DNA of 64,000 nucleotides, taken from contig CAZCNN010000001.1 in the NCBI GenBank assembly GCA_964500505.1, positions 66,621 through 130,620 of the forward strand, in the 5' to 3' direction. The DNA comes from an uncultured Bdellovibrionales bacterium (GTDB taxonomy: Bacteria; Patescibacteriota; Minisyncoccia; Moranbacterales; UBA1568). Every line of letters begins with the position of its first letter. The first letter of the stretch is position 1. The notes beneath the pieces were generated by a model that worked only from the letters and a program-made list of their open reading frames with translations, had not been told where the DNA came from and did no database searches. Positions 38,931-48,292 of the stretch are shown piece after piece. Made by a program: the position numbers and the translations under genes.

Positions 38931-39632
38931 TTATTGTAGCATATATTTCCCCTTGCTCTCGTCATGGGCGATGCGACCACCATTCACGATGATGACGCGC
39001 TTGCCGAGTTTGTCGACGATACCCTTGTTGTGAGTCGCGAGGATCACCGTAGTTCCAAATGAGTTTATCTCGAGAAGAAGTCGGATGATTTCATTCGATG
39101 AGACTGGATCGAGGTTGCCGGTCGGTTCGTCAGCGATGATGACCTTGGGACGATGGATGAGAGCCCGAGCGAGGGAGACGCGCTGTTGCTCTCCACCAGA
39201 GAGTTCCTTGGGGAACTGGTGCATCTTGGTACCAAGACCGACAATCTCAAGGATTTCTGGCACTTCGGCATCAATTTCTTCCTGACTACGACCATCGACT
39301 TCAAGGGCATAGGCGACGTTTTCAAAGGCCGTCTTGTTCGGCAATAGTTTGAAGTCCTGAAACACTGTCCCGATATTGCGTCGATAAAATGGCAGGTGCT
39401 TGCGGTTTATGGCGCTGAGGGGTCGCTCGTTGAAGTAGACTTCGCCCTCAGTCGGCATTTCCTCAGCGTAGATGAGCTTGAGGAGTGTCGACTTGCCGAC
39501 CCCACTCGCCCCGACGAGTGAGAGGAATTCGCCCGGATAAATAACCAAATTCACCTTGTTCAGAACAGGAGTATTTTCGAGATACGTCTTGGTGACATTT
39601 TCAAATCGGATGATTGGCTTCTGTTCGGGCAT
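38931..39632 (-). CDS. ftsE: Cell division ATPase FtsE
   Basis: 'GASGVGKST', 'VFQDFKLL', 'LSGGEQQR', 'ADEPTGNLD'. Confidence 0.96.
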   Translation of the reverse strand: MPEQKPIIRFENVTKTYLENTPVLNKVNLVIYPGEFLSLVGASGVGKSTLLKLIYAEEMPTEGEVYFNERPLSAINRKHLPFYRRNIGTVFQDFKLLPNKTAFENVAYALEVDGRSQEEIDAEVPEILEIVGLGTKMHQFPKELSGGEQQRVSLARALIHRPKVIIADEPTGNLDPVSSNEIIRLLLEINSFGTTVILATHNKGIVDKLGKRVIIVNGGRIAHDESKGKYMLQ

Positions 39633-39650
39633 AAGATTATATATTTGCTA

Positions 39651-40737
39651 TTAGTTTGTTTTGAGATAACGTAGGGTGCTTTCGATAAAGGGTTCGAGGC
39701 CACCATCTAGGACCTTACTGGTATCGCTCGTCTCGACGTTGGTGCGGTGATCTTTGACCATGGTATAGGGATGGAGCACGTAGGAACGGATTTGATTCCC
39801 CCACTCGGCACTTTTGAACTCACCTCGGAGCGCTCGTTTAGCCTCGGCCTCAGCCTCCAATTTTTGCTGGAGGAGTTTGGAGCGGAGGAGCTTCATCGCT
39901 TGCTCACGATTCTGGAGTTGCGAGCGTTCGGTCTGGCAGGCGACGACGGTGTTCGTAGCGAGATGCGTGATGCGCACAGCACTCTCGGTCTTGTTGACGT
40001 TTTGCCCCCCTGCCCCTGATGAGCGGTAGGTATCGATGCGCAGGTCCTCGGGTTTGAGGACAATAGCCGTGTCATCATTTTCAATCACCGGCATCACTTC
40101 AACCGAAGCAAATGACGTCTGCCGAAGCGAGTTGGCATTGAACGGTGAGAGTCGCACCAACCGATGAATTCCTGCTTCACCACGGAGATAGCCGTAGGCG
40201 TAGGCGCCATCGATTTCGAGCGTCACACTTTTGATACCAGCTTCACCACCTCGAGTCTCATCGAGGACGCTCGAGCGGAAACCATTTTGCTCAGCATAAC
40301 GGAGATACATGCGCATAAGCATTTCAGCCCAGTCCTGGGCATCGACACCGCCGGCGCCACTCCGTACCGTGAGGAGAGCCGATGCACTATCATACTCCCC
40401 ACCGAGGAGGGTCCGGAACTCAAGCGAGCGAATCGTCTCCTCAGCACTCTCATACTCCGGTGTGATGAGGGACATGTCGACCCCCTCCTCCTCGGCAAAG
40501 AGCGCGAGGTTCGCGAGAGTGTCGCGAAGCGTATCAAAAGACTGGCGTTCGCGCTGGAGCATCTCTATTTCTTGCATCACCCGTCCAGCCTTTTTAGGGT
40601 CATCCCAAAACGACGGGCTCTCACTCTCTTTCTTGAGGACAGTGACCCGCTCGGCCTTTTTGGCAAAGTCAAAGATAGTCCTGGAGCTCCAGGAGTTTTT
40701 GTTGAAGAACGGCGACTTTTTGACTCATGTCATTCAT
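39651..40737 (-). CDS. prfB: Peptide chain release factor 2 with programmed +1 frameshift
   Basis: SPF and GGQ motifs; first frame ends 'QDYL*' at CTT TGA C (40674-40668). Confidence 0.96.
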
Positions 40738-40808
40738 AGGAAAAGTATACCATATTCCGCCCTGCTCTTGAACCTTTTCCAGAACTGCGCTAGACTTTCC
40801 GAAGCAAT

Positions 40809-40942
40809 GCCGATGTAGCTCACCTGCCCGCAATGCTACGCATAAGCGTTGCAGGCGAGGTTGGTACCCGCCCGAACGTACCCCGCCAGAATGACATTCA
40901 TGTCGGGCTGGCGTTCGGTACGGACGGGGAGCGGCGCATTCG
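40809..40942 (+). pseudogene. 5' half of a tRNA-Thr interrupted by two palindromic insertions
   Basis: GCCGATGTAGCTCA [40823-40859] GTTGGTA [40867-40928] GAGCGGCGCATTCG; TTGAAC-N17-TAGACT promoter upstream. Confidence 0.7.
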
Positions 40943-40976
40943 CTTGCCCCGTCACATTTTTGAGCCAGCATAACAA

Positions 40977-41049
40977 GCCACCTTAGCTCAGTTGGCAGAG
41001 CGGCGCACTCGTAACGCGCAGGTCTCCAGTTCGATCCTGGAAGGTGGCT
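40977..41049 (+). tRNA. tRNA-Thr(CGT)
   Basis: GCCACCT/AGGTGGC acceptor, GCTC/GAGC D-stem, CT-CGT-AA loop, TCCAG-TTCGATC-CTGGA T-arm. Confidence 0.95.
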
Positions 41050-41070
41050 CAAAAGTAAATGTGACTGGGG

Positions 41071-41149
41071 TAACGCCAAGGTCCGGAGTTCGATCCTCCG
41101 AGACGGCTCTCAGAAAATAACGAACAGGTCTCACCGGTCATCGGCTCCA
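41071..41149 (+). pseudogene. Two displaced tRNA-Thr 3' halves
   Basis: TAACGCCAAGGTCCGGAGTTCGATCCTCCGAGACGGCT and TAACGAACAGGTC..CCGGTCATCGGCTCCA. Confidence 0.7.
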
Positions 41150-41152
41150 TAG

Positions 41153-41180
41153 AAAAAACGCCTTCATGAAGGCGTTTTTT
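41153..41180. terminator. Bidirectional terminator
   Basis: AAAAAACGCCTTCATGAAGGCGTTTTTT perfect palindrome. Confidence 0.85.
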
Positions 41181-41186
41181 GATGAG

Positions 41187-42224
41187 TCATTTCGCTAATT
41201 CGGTTTCGATGGCAGATTGGATGTCCTCACGGCTGACAGCGCCGTCGAGGAACGTACCGTTCACGAAGGTGGTTGGAGTCGCTGTGATGTTGAGAGCCGA
41301 CGCTTCTTCCTTATCACGAGCTACTTGTTCACTCGGACCACTGGTTGGGAGGCAGGCAGTAAAAGCCCGACCGTCGAGCTTGAGCCACCAAGCATAGTCT
41401 TTGAACTTCTGCGTGCCCTTGGCTTTGCTCCACTCCCCTTGCTTGGCAAAGAGATAGTCAGCATACACATCAAACTTACCCTGCGCATGAGCACAGAGTG
41501 AGGCGACGGCAGCATTCTCGGCCTGGGCATGAAACGACAATGGCAAGTGTTTGTAGACTACCCGGACCTGATCGCCAAATGGCACGACAGCTTGCTTGAG
41601 GGTTTCACGGTAGGTGCCACAGTGGGTACACTCAAAGTCAGTATAGGTGACGATAGTGACGGGAGCATCTGCTCCACCACGGACGATGTCCCCCTCTCCA
41701 ACAGTTGGTAGCTTGAGGTAGCGCCCGGCCGGGAGTCCAATCCGACTCATGTCAAAGAAATACTGACCATCCTGTCCGGCGAAGAGACTGGAGGCCTGAG
41801 AATAGAAATTGGTATGGAGGATGTCTTTCGAAAAGATAAAAGCTGGGAGAGTCACAATATCAAATCGTTCGGCCAAACGCTTCCCGTACTCATCACCGAT
41901 GTCGACCCGGACCGCATCGAGGGTCGGGATGACACGACGGAGCCACACCAGGGCCTCGTTCGGGTCACAAGCATCACAGTTTTTGTCGGTAATAACTGTG
42001 AGCTCAACTTTGGGATCGGCATAGCCCACCCAAGTCTTGTCGTTCGTTTCGAGGACATTGTGAGTTTTGGTGGCATAGGAAGAGAATCCCTCACCACTCA
42101 CCAGCTGAACAAAATCCACTACGAGGCTGCCGAGAAACAATCCACCCAAGATGATAGCGAGCGCCAGAAGATTCTGGGCATCATACTTTGGCTTAGCTTC
42201 ACTCGTCTTGGATTCTTCGGTCAT
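41187..42224 (-). CDS. DsbA/thioredoxin-fold membrane-anchored oxidoreductase
   Basis: 'YTDFECTHC', 'YKHLPLSFH', 'ITATPTTFVNG'; second CxxC domain. Confidence 0.9.
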   Translation of the reverse strand: MTEESKTSEAKPKYDAQNLLALAIILGGLFLGSLVVDFVQLVSGEGFSSYATKTHNVLETNDKTWVGYADPKVELTVITDKNCDACDPNEALVWLRRVIPTLDAVRVDIGDEYGKRLAERFDIVTLPAFIFSKDILHTNFYSQASSLFAGQDGQYFFDMSRIGLPAGRYLKLPTVGEGDIVRGGADAPVTIVTYTDFECTHCGTYRETLKQAVVPFGDQVRVVYKHLPLSFHAQAENAAVASLCAHAQGKFDVYADYLFAKQGEWSKAKGTQKFKDYAWWLKLDGRAFTACLPTSGPSEQVARDKEEASALNITATPTTFVNGTFLDGAVSREDIQSAIETELAK

Positions 42225-42234
42225 ACGGGTGATA

Positions 42235-42555
42235 TTACTCAGTTACTGCCTCGGCGCAAGACTCTCCTTGTGGAGCTACAGACCGCTTTGTACTCGATGT
42301 GCTGGTGCGGATCAGTTCTTTTTCGAGGAGATTCAGATCGAGCGTACCAGCACGGCTCGTCAGGCGATAATCATCGTACCCGATAGTGAGGCGATCATTG
42401 GCTACGGATTTGATACCAGCACCAAGAAGCGTCGCTATGAGAAACAGGATGGCGAGCGCTCGGGGCGTATATTCTCGTTTAGTGGCATGACCAAGGATGG
42501 TCCTGAGTCGGAGGAGTTGCTTTTTACCTCTTGCGAGCCACAGTGCCAAGTCCAT
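42235..42555 (-). CDS. Small membrane protein
   Basis: TM plus 'TIGYDDY' motif, directly upstream of the DsbA-like gene; start uncertain. Confidence 0.6.
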   Translation of the reverse strand: MDLALWLARGKKQLLRLRTILGHATKREYTPRALAILFLIATLLGAGIKSVANDRLTIGYDDYRLTSRAGTLDLNLLEKELIRTSTSSTKRSVAPQGESCAEAVTE

Positions 42556-42607
42556 AGGGTATGAAGTTTGAAGAATCACCGTATCATACTGGTCAGTTTT
42601 TGACAAT

Positions 42608-42650
42608 CCCTTCGACAGGCTCAGGATCAACCCTTCGACTGCGCTCAGGG
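42608..42650. repeat. Two tandem REP-like units
   Basis: CCCTTCGACAGGCTCAGGA and CCCTTCGACTGCGCTCAGGG. Confidence 0.7.
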
Positions 42651-42690
42651 TAAAGAAAAAGCACCTGGGCTAAAAGCGCAGGTGCAGAGG

Positions 42691-43455
42691 CTACTTCTTA
42701 AGGGCGTCTGGGGTGCGGATGGTTTGCCACTCGCCGTCCTTGGCCGGGCCGTACCACCGCGAGAGGTGGCCCTCGCAGTTGTTGCTCTTCTGACAGGTGG
42801 CATCAAACTCGTTGTAGAAGGATCCAATCTCGCGCCAGTAGTCGATACCCATTTGGAGGCGCGCAAACCCAGTGAGCTTGACTTCCATTTCAACCAAGTA
42901 GTTCATACCAGGCTTGATGGCGACCTTGGGGTCGGTCCAACCATGGAATATGCGGGATGGGGCTCCGGCGAGGTCAATGACGAGATTCGATACATCGCTT
43001 GAAAGAATCGAGCCAGCCTTCTCCGAGCTCCCTGCATACCAACGAGGAGTGCGCGGATAGAGTTCGCCGCCAAAGCGGAAATTTCCCTTCTTCTTGGAAA
43101 AGTCCGTGACTTCGCTCACCACCGCTTCGATCCCTGTTTCAGGATTGCGCTCAATGAGGCGAATAGCCTTGATCGTGAGCTTGGCTTCTTGGCCGGGTTG
43201 CATCGGGCATGGCGCGACGCTCACGACCTGCATCAGTGCCAACACAGCGTGGAAATTCTCTGGTGCTGACTTCCGCCACACCACCTCGCTACGATGTTGC
43301 GCACCGAACGGGACGTCGAACAAACTAGTGACGGCCGGTGCCTTTTCATTGAAAGCACAGATGACCTGAGTAGTCTCGAGTGATTGCCCGTACGACCGCA
43401 CACCAAAGGTGATGAGACCGATGAGAACAGCGAATAGTATCCAGGTTCTTTTCAT
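42691..43455 (-). CDS. Secreted beta-rich hypothetical protein
   Basis: Signal peptide, AACAAGGAG SD, downstream hairpin plus T-tract. Confidence 0.8.
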   Translation of the reverse strand: MKRTWILFAVLIGLITFGVRSYGQSLETTQVICAFNEKAPAVTSLFDVPFGAQHRSEVVWRKSAPENFHAVLALMQVVSVAPCPMQPGQEAKLTIKAIRLIERNPETGIEAVVSEVTDFSKKKGNFRFGGELYPRTPRWYAGSSEKAGSILSSDVSNLVIDLAGAPSRIFHGWTDPKVAIKPGMNYLVEMEVKLTGFARLQMGIDYWREIGSFYNEFDATCQKSNNCEGHLSRWYGPAKDGEWQTIRTPDALKK

Positions 43456-43512
43456 GACTGACTCCTTGTTAAGGAAGTTTGGTGTCGTTTCAAAAGGCGA
43501 CTGTATATTGAA

Positions 43513-43869
43513 TCACGCTTTGTCATGACTGTCAAGGAGGTCGATGTTGTCGAGAACACTGTCCAAATCATCGATACTTCGCGAGCCGATACCATCAGCC
43601 TTGCACGATGGATTATCGAGTTCAGAGCGCACTTTCTCCACGACTGATATCGGAGCTACCCCTCGGATAATATTGTCGTTTACGGCGATATTTGGGCCAA
43701 TACCACATCCGGAGAGACAGCGGGAAGCTGGCATCACGAGGGCCTCCTCAGGGGCAAATCCAAGCTTGAGAGCACGCAATACGTTCTCGGCGCCCCTTTG
43801 GCGACAACTAGGCTCGAGACAGACCTTGATAGTCGCACGAGCGTCTGGTTTTGGGGTGGTATCATTCAT
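43513..43869 (-). CDS. Thioredoxin-like (2Fe-2S) ferredoxin
   Basis: 'VCLEPSCRQRGA' ... 'CLSGCGIGPNI'. Confidence 0.8.
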   Translation of the reverse strand: MNDTTPKPDARATIKVCLEPSCRQRGAENVLRALKLGFAPEEALVMPASRCLSGCGIGPNIAVNDNIIRGVAPISVVEKVRSELDNPSCKADGIGSRSIDDLDSVLDNIDLLDSHDKA

Positions 43870-44016
43870 ATCGACATACTCTACCACGATTTCTCTATCT
43901 TGACCACGTCGCTCGCTTGCCACGGTCGTTCGCGTAACGACGATGGCGAGCGACAGTGGTTGACAATCCCTCTTGAGCACGGTATATAGTCTCTATCCCC
44001 CCAACTGGAGAGGCAC

Positions 44017-44277
44017 ATGCCAAAAACTGTGGCGTGGACCCCTCCGCTCCCGTCACGTCCCCTGTACTTTGTCTACGCCTGTCGTGCCTGTGGTAGCGAG
44101 CTCGTGTTTATGGAATGGTCTGAACACCCCGATCACCGAGTGTGCGTGACCTGCTTAGAGTCCCTGCTCGCTCGTCCGGGAGTTATTCCTAGGGCTGATA
44201 GGGCGTACTTCCAGCGCCTCATCGAAGCGCAACAATCAAGGAGGCAGGTGATGACCATCGACCCGAAGCGGCAGTGA
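44017..44277 (+). CDS. 86-aa orphan with CxxC...CxxC zinc-ribbon-like motif
   Basis: TTGACA-N17-TATATA at 43960-43988, GGAGAGG SD, terminator over the stop. Confidence 0.7.
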   Translation: MPKTVAWTPPLPSRPLYFVYACRACGSELVFMEWSEHPDHRVCVTCLESLLARPGVIPRADRAYFQRLIEAQQSRRQVMTIDPKRQ

Positions 44278-44380
44278 CTGCCTCGGGATTATTTTTTGTT
44301 TGACTTTGGACCCGAGGAAGCATATAAAGTAGGTATGTCCGGTCCGCCGGTTCGTTGACAACCCCAGATGGAGACACATC

Positions 44381-44926
44381 ATGTCGTATGTCTGTACCGG
44401 GGCTCGTGTTTTCGTCCCCGGCCTCAACTCTCACGAATCAGAGACCGCAGCCTGGCGAAACTTTCTTGAGAATCAAATTCGTACGGTGTACGGTCCTGGT
44501 AGGATGCTCTACTGGGAGCATATGCTCTATCGAGTACTTGCCTTTTCTTCCAAGGGTAGCGCACACTGGGAATTCGATGATGTTCCCGCGCTCTTTCTTG
44601 AAGTCCTTGTCGGTTCCATGGGCACCGAACGTCGACTCATTGTCTCTGACAAGAGGCTCTACCAACGTGCGAGACAAGCCTTTCCTGAAGCAGTCGCAAG
44701 CCTCGTCGAGATCGCCACAGAAAACAATTACCTTTCTATCGAATTACCACTGCTCGAAACCGAAGAGATTGAGCTTGATGTCACATCAACACTCAGTTTG
44801 TTTGGCTTCCAGCTCATAGCAAGACGGACTGGCAATTCACTTGCTTCAAACGTCTATCGCTGGTACTCCCCGCGACAGCGAGCGCTGGTCACTTGGCCAC
44901 CAGATGACGCCTGCCCATTCGGATGA
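44381..44926 (+). CDS. 181-aa orphan, possibly a degenerate GNAT fold
   Basis: GGAG SD, upstream TTGACT, terminator; C-terminal 'LVEIATENNYLSIEL..SLFGFQLIARR'. Confidence 0.65.
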   Translation: MSYVCTGARVFVPGLNSHESETAAWRNFLENQIRTVYGPGRMLYWEHMLYRVLAFSSKGSAHWEFDDVPALFLEVLVGSMGTERRLIVSDKRLYQRARQAFPEAVASLVEIATENNYLSIELPLLETEEIELDVTSTLSLFGFQLIARRTGNSLASNVYRWYSPRQRALVTWPPDDACPFG

Positions 44927-44968
44927 AGGTGCCCACATCACGGTTCGGGATTCCCGGGCCGTTTTTTC

Positions 44969-45853
44969 TTACTCAATCCCCTTTTCCATTTCTGTTGTCA
45001 CCACTGGTACCGGCATAGATTTTTTGGGGAAGTTCACGAGGGTTGCGATTATGAGAACCAGCGTAAAGGCAAACGGCATTCCCATCACTCCAAAGAGTGA
45101 GAGGAGGAGGTGATATCCAAGTGGGAGCGGGAGGAGAAAGAGTCCAGTGAGATAGGCTCGACCATAAGACAGTGAGTACTCTCGATAACGCGCCACGAGT
45201 AAGACAACGACGGCACCCAAGATGAGATAGACGAGATAACCGACAAAATACCATCCGTAGAGTATGAATGGCATGAGACAGAGCCCGATCAGGATGGTGA
45301 GCTTGAGGTAGTGCGAGGCCTGAGCTACAAAATTATTATACGTCGACTCGTCTACAGTAAAAGTCTCGCGTCCCAGCAATCGCGTCAAATCATAGATGCG
45401 GTATTCGCTTTTCTCGGCATTGTAAAACCCAGCACTCTGCTCTCCGAGGATGAACCAGGTATCATGACGGGTAAAATCACTCGTAGAAATTGTCCGGGTC
45501 GTATCGATGACCAGGAGATTCTCAGGCATGTCGGCTTCGGTCGTGCGCCACTCAATTGGGATTGGGATCGTATACGGTTCACTGACATTGGTTGAGACGA
45601 CACCTTGTTTGACCGTGAGCTCCAACTCCTCTGGAAAGAGTACCGTGACGTTCGCTACCTCATGGTCCCAGCGCTCCGAAAGAATCTCATGCACAAATCG
45701 GACGGTCCCCGGGAGGGCGATGACTATTTGGGCGATGACGAGGACACCAATCAGCCCCGCATAAAATTTCAGCCCCTGCTTGAGTGTAAAAGACTGCTCA
45801 ACGAAAAACGCTGGTCGATAGACTTGATCTTTGACCCAGGTCCAGAGTTTCAT
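44969..45853 (-). CDS. Membrane protein (DUF1189-like)
   Basis: N-terminal TM, soluble loop, four C-terminal TMs. Confidence 0.7.
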   Translation of the reverse strand: MKLWTWVKDQVYRPAFFVEQSFTLKQGLKFYAGLIGVLVIAQIVIALPGTVRFVHEILSERWDHEVANVTVLFPEELELTVKQGVVSTNVSEPYTIPIPIEWRTTEADMPENLLVIDTTRTISTSDFTRHDTWFILGEQSAGFYNAEKSEYRIYDLTRLLGRETFTVDESTYNNFVAQASHYLKLTILIGLCLMPFILYGWYFVGYLVYLILGAVVVLLVARYREYSLSYGRAYLTGLFLLPLPLGYHLLLSLFGVMGMPFAFTLVLIIATLVNFPKKSMPVPVVTTEMEKGIE

Positions 45854-45871
45854 AGAGTTGACGTAAAGTGA

Positions 45872-46186
45872 TTAGGCCTCAAAACCAATTTTGCTCGTTG
45901 GTCCTTCCGATGGAGTGACGTTGCCAAACTGCGCTTCATACTTGCCGAGATTGTCTGTCATCGCGACGAGGAGGCGTTTGAAATGGCCCGGGTTTAGGAT
46001 AATCCGAGCATTAAGCGTGCCCGTTGGAGGAAACACGTTCAGGAAATCAATCACAAATTCTTCCTGGGTATGGAGGACATTGGCCATGTTGGAGTAGAGT
46101 CCCCGGAGGGCTTCATCACTCGCTTTGATCTGGACCTGCCTTGGCGATGCATCTTCGACGGGTTTGTTCGGCGATTCTTGGGTCAT
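45872..46186 (-). CDS. DUF3467-like protein
   Basis: 'GLYSNMANVLHTQEEFVIDF', 'RIILNPGHFKRL..NLGKYEAQFG'. Confidence 0.8.
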   Translation of the reverse strand: MTQESPNKPVEDASPRQVQIKASDEALRGLYSNMANVLHTQEEFVIDFLNVFPPTGTLNARIILNPGHFKRLLVAMTDNLGKYEAQFGNVTPSEGPTSKIGFEA

Positions 46187-46302
46187 ACGATGAGGTAAAG
46201 CAGTTACGCCTTATTATACCACTTTCTGACTCTCTCGCTTGACAAAAGACCTGTTTGCGAGACAATGCAGGCATCTTCACCACCCTTCGGAAAGGAATCG
46301 TG

Positions 46303-46608
46303 ATGAACGCCACTGTTCCTGCCGTCCTCAAGACAAAGGACATCCGGAGGGACACGCTCCAAAAACTGGAGGGGTTATTGGAACTACTTTTCGAGAGTAG
46401 TCCTGACTTACCAAATATCCGGAAAGAGCCAGGTGTCGAATATATCCACCTGGAAGACGTCTATCGCCAGTACCTCTATTTTCTTCATGCTTGGGCGCTT
46501 TCCACTCAGAGGTATCTGCTCCAACACAGCGAAATTCGCGCTGTATTTCTGAAGGTCGCTGCCAAGCACGATAAGATCACAACCATGCAGACCACCCCAT
46601 CCCGGTAA
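46303..46608 (+). CDS. 101-aa orphan protein
   Basis: TTGACA-N16-GACAAT, AAAGGA SD, terminator CCCGGT..ACCGGGTTTTTT. Confidence 0.65.
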   Translation: MNATVPAVLKTKDIRRDTLQKLEGLLELLFESSPDLPNIRKEPGVEYIHLEDVYRQYLYFLHAWALSTQRYLLQHSEIRAVFLKVAAKHDKITTMQTTPSR

Positions 46609-46641
46609 ACTTGACCGGGTTTTTTCTTGCTAATATTTTAA

Positions 46642-46665
46642 TTACGTAATGAGTTACGTAATTCT
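46642..46665. repeat. Doubled TTACGTAA palindrome, copy 1
   Basis: TTACGTAAT-GAG-TTACGTAATTCT. Confidence 0.6.
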
Positions 46666-46758
46666 TCTTTCACTTGACCATTGACGAAGGCGGCAATTCA
46701 TGCGAAGGTATGAACAATCAACAAGAAAATTCTTGTTGCAAACCACACTGGAGGTGCG

Positions 46759-47112
46759 ATGAATTGGAAAATTGAGCGAGCACACCAAGAGCTCCCGGCC
46801 GAGTTGGCCATCTTTGCCCGACGAGCGTTCGTCCGCAGTTGTGAAAGGGTGTACGGAGTGGCAGTACCCATCAAGCACGTCGTTGCCTGTACCTTTCAAC
46901 GGAGCAAGCAACAGCCGTTCTTCCTCCTCGCCTGGCAAACCGAAGACCTCATGAGAACGCTCGCTTTGGGGCATTTCTATCGCACCCAATTGGGAGGACA
47001 AGTGATGCTACGCTTCCTCCAAACGGAAACATGGGAGCGTGTCCCAGTCGACCGAGCTCGTCGGGATGTCTATTTCAACGTAAGAGGCTTTCCCGCGATT
47101 ACCGAGCCCTGA
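46759..47112 (+). CDS. 117-aa orphan protein
   Basis: GGAGGT SD, terminator GCCGACCCT..AGGGCCGGCCTTTTT. Confidence 0.7.
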   Translation: MNWKIERAHQELPAELAIFARRAFVRSCERVYGVAVPIKHVVACTFQRSKQQPFFLLAWQTEDLMRTLALGHFYRTQLGGQVMLRFLQTETWERVPVDRARRDVYFNVRGFPAITEP

Positions 47113-47163
47113 GCCACCCACCGCCGACCCTAAACTGAGGGCCGGCCTTTTTCTTTATTACAA

Positions 47164-47694
47164 TTATTTTGTCACCGATATTTCGGCTGAATTAAATAGT
47201 ACGGAGAAATCTTCACACCACGTGAGAGCATAGCGATACTGTGAGATATCTATCCCCTTCGGTACAGTGTAATTGATATTGCCCTCCGTCCCTTTGATAG
47301 GTCCGAGGTCGACATACTCTTTGGCCGCCAAGTCCTTGGCGAGATAGACTCTCACATCGGGACCGTTGATGGTTTTGTAGTTTTCATACCGGAGAATCGT
47401 TTCGTCGGCATTCCGCACGATGCGGACAACACCCGAAGCAGGATGAGCCGGAGTATCTACGATGGGAAATGGTCCAGATATAAATGGCACGGACTCTCTA
47501 CTTGGATTCGGCTCTCCGACCGCTATCGACGGAGTTGCCTCGGTTGATTCCTTCTCTATCGGTACCACTATGGGCAAATCATCATTCACCACTTTATTAT
47601 CGAAAAGCGGTGACAGTGCATACCAGGCAACCCCTACGATGACTGACACACCAAGCGCAATCAAAATGTGCTTCTTTTGTATACCGGCATTCAT
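47164..47694 (-). CDS. DM13 domain protein
   Basis: 'HPASG', 'NGPDVRVYL', 'DLGPIKG..GNINY', 'WCEDFSVLF'. Confidence 0.88.
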   Translation of the reverse strand: MNAGIQKKHILIALGVSVIVGVAWYALSPLFDNKVVNDDLPIVVPIEKESTEATPSIAVGEPNPSRESVPFISGPFPIVDTPAHPASGVVRIVRNADETILRYENYKTINGPDVRVYLAKDLAAKEYVDLGPIKGTEGNINYTVPKGIDISQYRYALTWCEDFSVLFNSAEISVTK

Positions 47695-47801
47695 ATGTTC
47701 TAGTCGAAAATAAATTAGCAGTACATTCTTCAATTGTGTTGACAATGCCCCTTTGTTACTGGCATTATACCACCAATCAACATGAACCTTAACAAGGAGA
47801 C

Positions 47802-48206
47802 ATGATGGCAATCCGAAATGAATCAGTCCGCCGTCAGTCAGTGATCAACTTCAAGGCAGCTATCGACCACATGGCTAGGAACGTTGCGGAACAGTTACGC
47901 GCAGATGAAGCATTGCCGGATTTACGAATCACGAGTGGTCAATTCGCCGCCGGGCGTTGGGCTTTTCCCGAGGAGTACCGCCCAATAATTGAACACGCGA
48001 TGGCACAAGTGATTGTCCACCAGAAATACGAACTATCCGGGGCCCAGCTCCATCTCGCGTGCATCGAGGGAGTAATGCAAGCAGGCAAGCTCTGGATTGA
48101 TGGCATCCTGCAGAAGGATACATCCAAGAATAGACCGCGACTAATTCAGTCGAGACGTTCCTCCCTACGGGTTTGCACTTCGATTCGTAGAAGCACCCAG
48201 AAATAG
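47802..48206 (+). CDS. 134-aa orphan protein
   Basis: TTGACA upstream, AACAAGGAG SD, terminator CGCCGACTCT..AGGGCCGGCGTTTTT. Confidence 0.7.
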   Translation: MMAIRNESVRRQSVINFKAAIDHMARNVAEQLRADEALPDLRITSGQFAAGRWAFPEEYRPIIEHAMAQVIVHQKYELSGAQLHLACIEGVMQAGKLWIDGILQKDTSKNRPRLIQSRRSSLRVCTSIRRSTQK

Positions 48207-48261
48207 TCCGGATGCGCCTATGCCCGCCGACTCTCCACGTGAGGGCCGGCGTTTTTCTTTG

Positions 48262-48285
48262 TTACGTAATTAATTACGTAATTCT
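48262..48285. repeat. Doubled TTACGTAA palindrome, copy 2
   Basis: TTACGTAAT-TAA-TTACGTAATTCT. Confidence 0.6.
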
Positions 48286-48292
48286 ACGGTAT

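Noticed and set aside
39651-40737. prfB as a frameshifted pseudogene
   Set aside because: The break is the canonical CTT TGA C programmed frameshift.
40669-41079. 136-aa minus-strand ORF
   Set aside because: Only its last 22 codons are real (prfB first frame); the rest is antisense to the tRNA locus.
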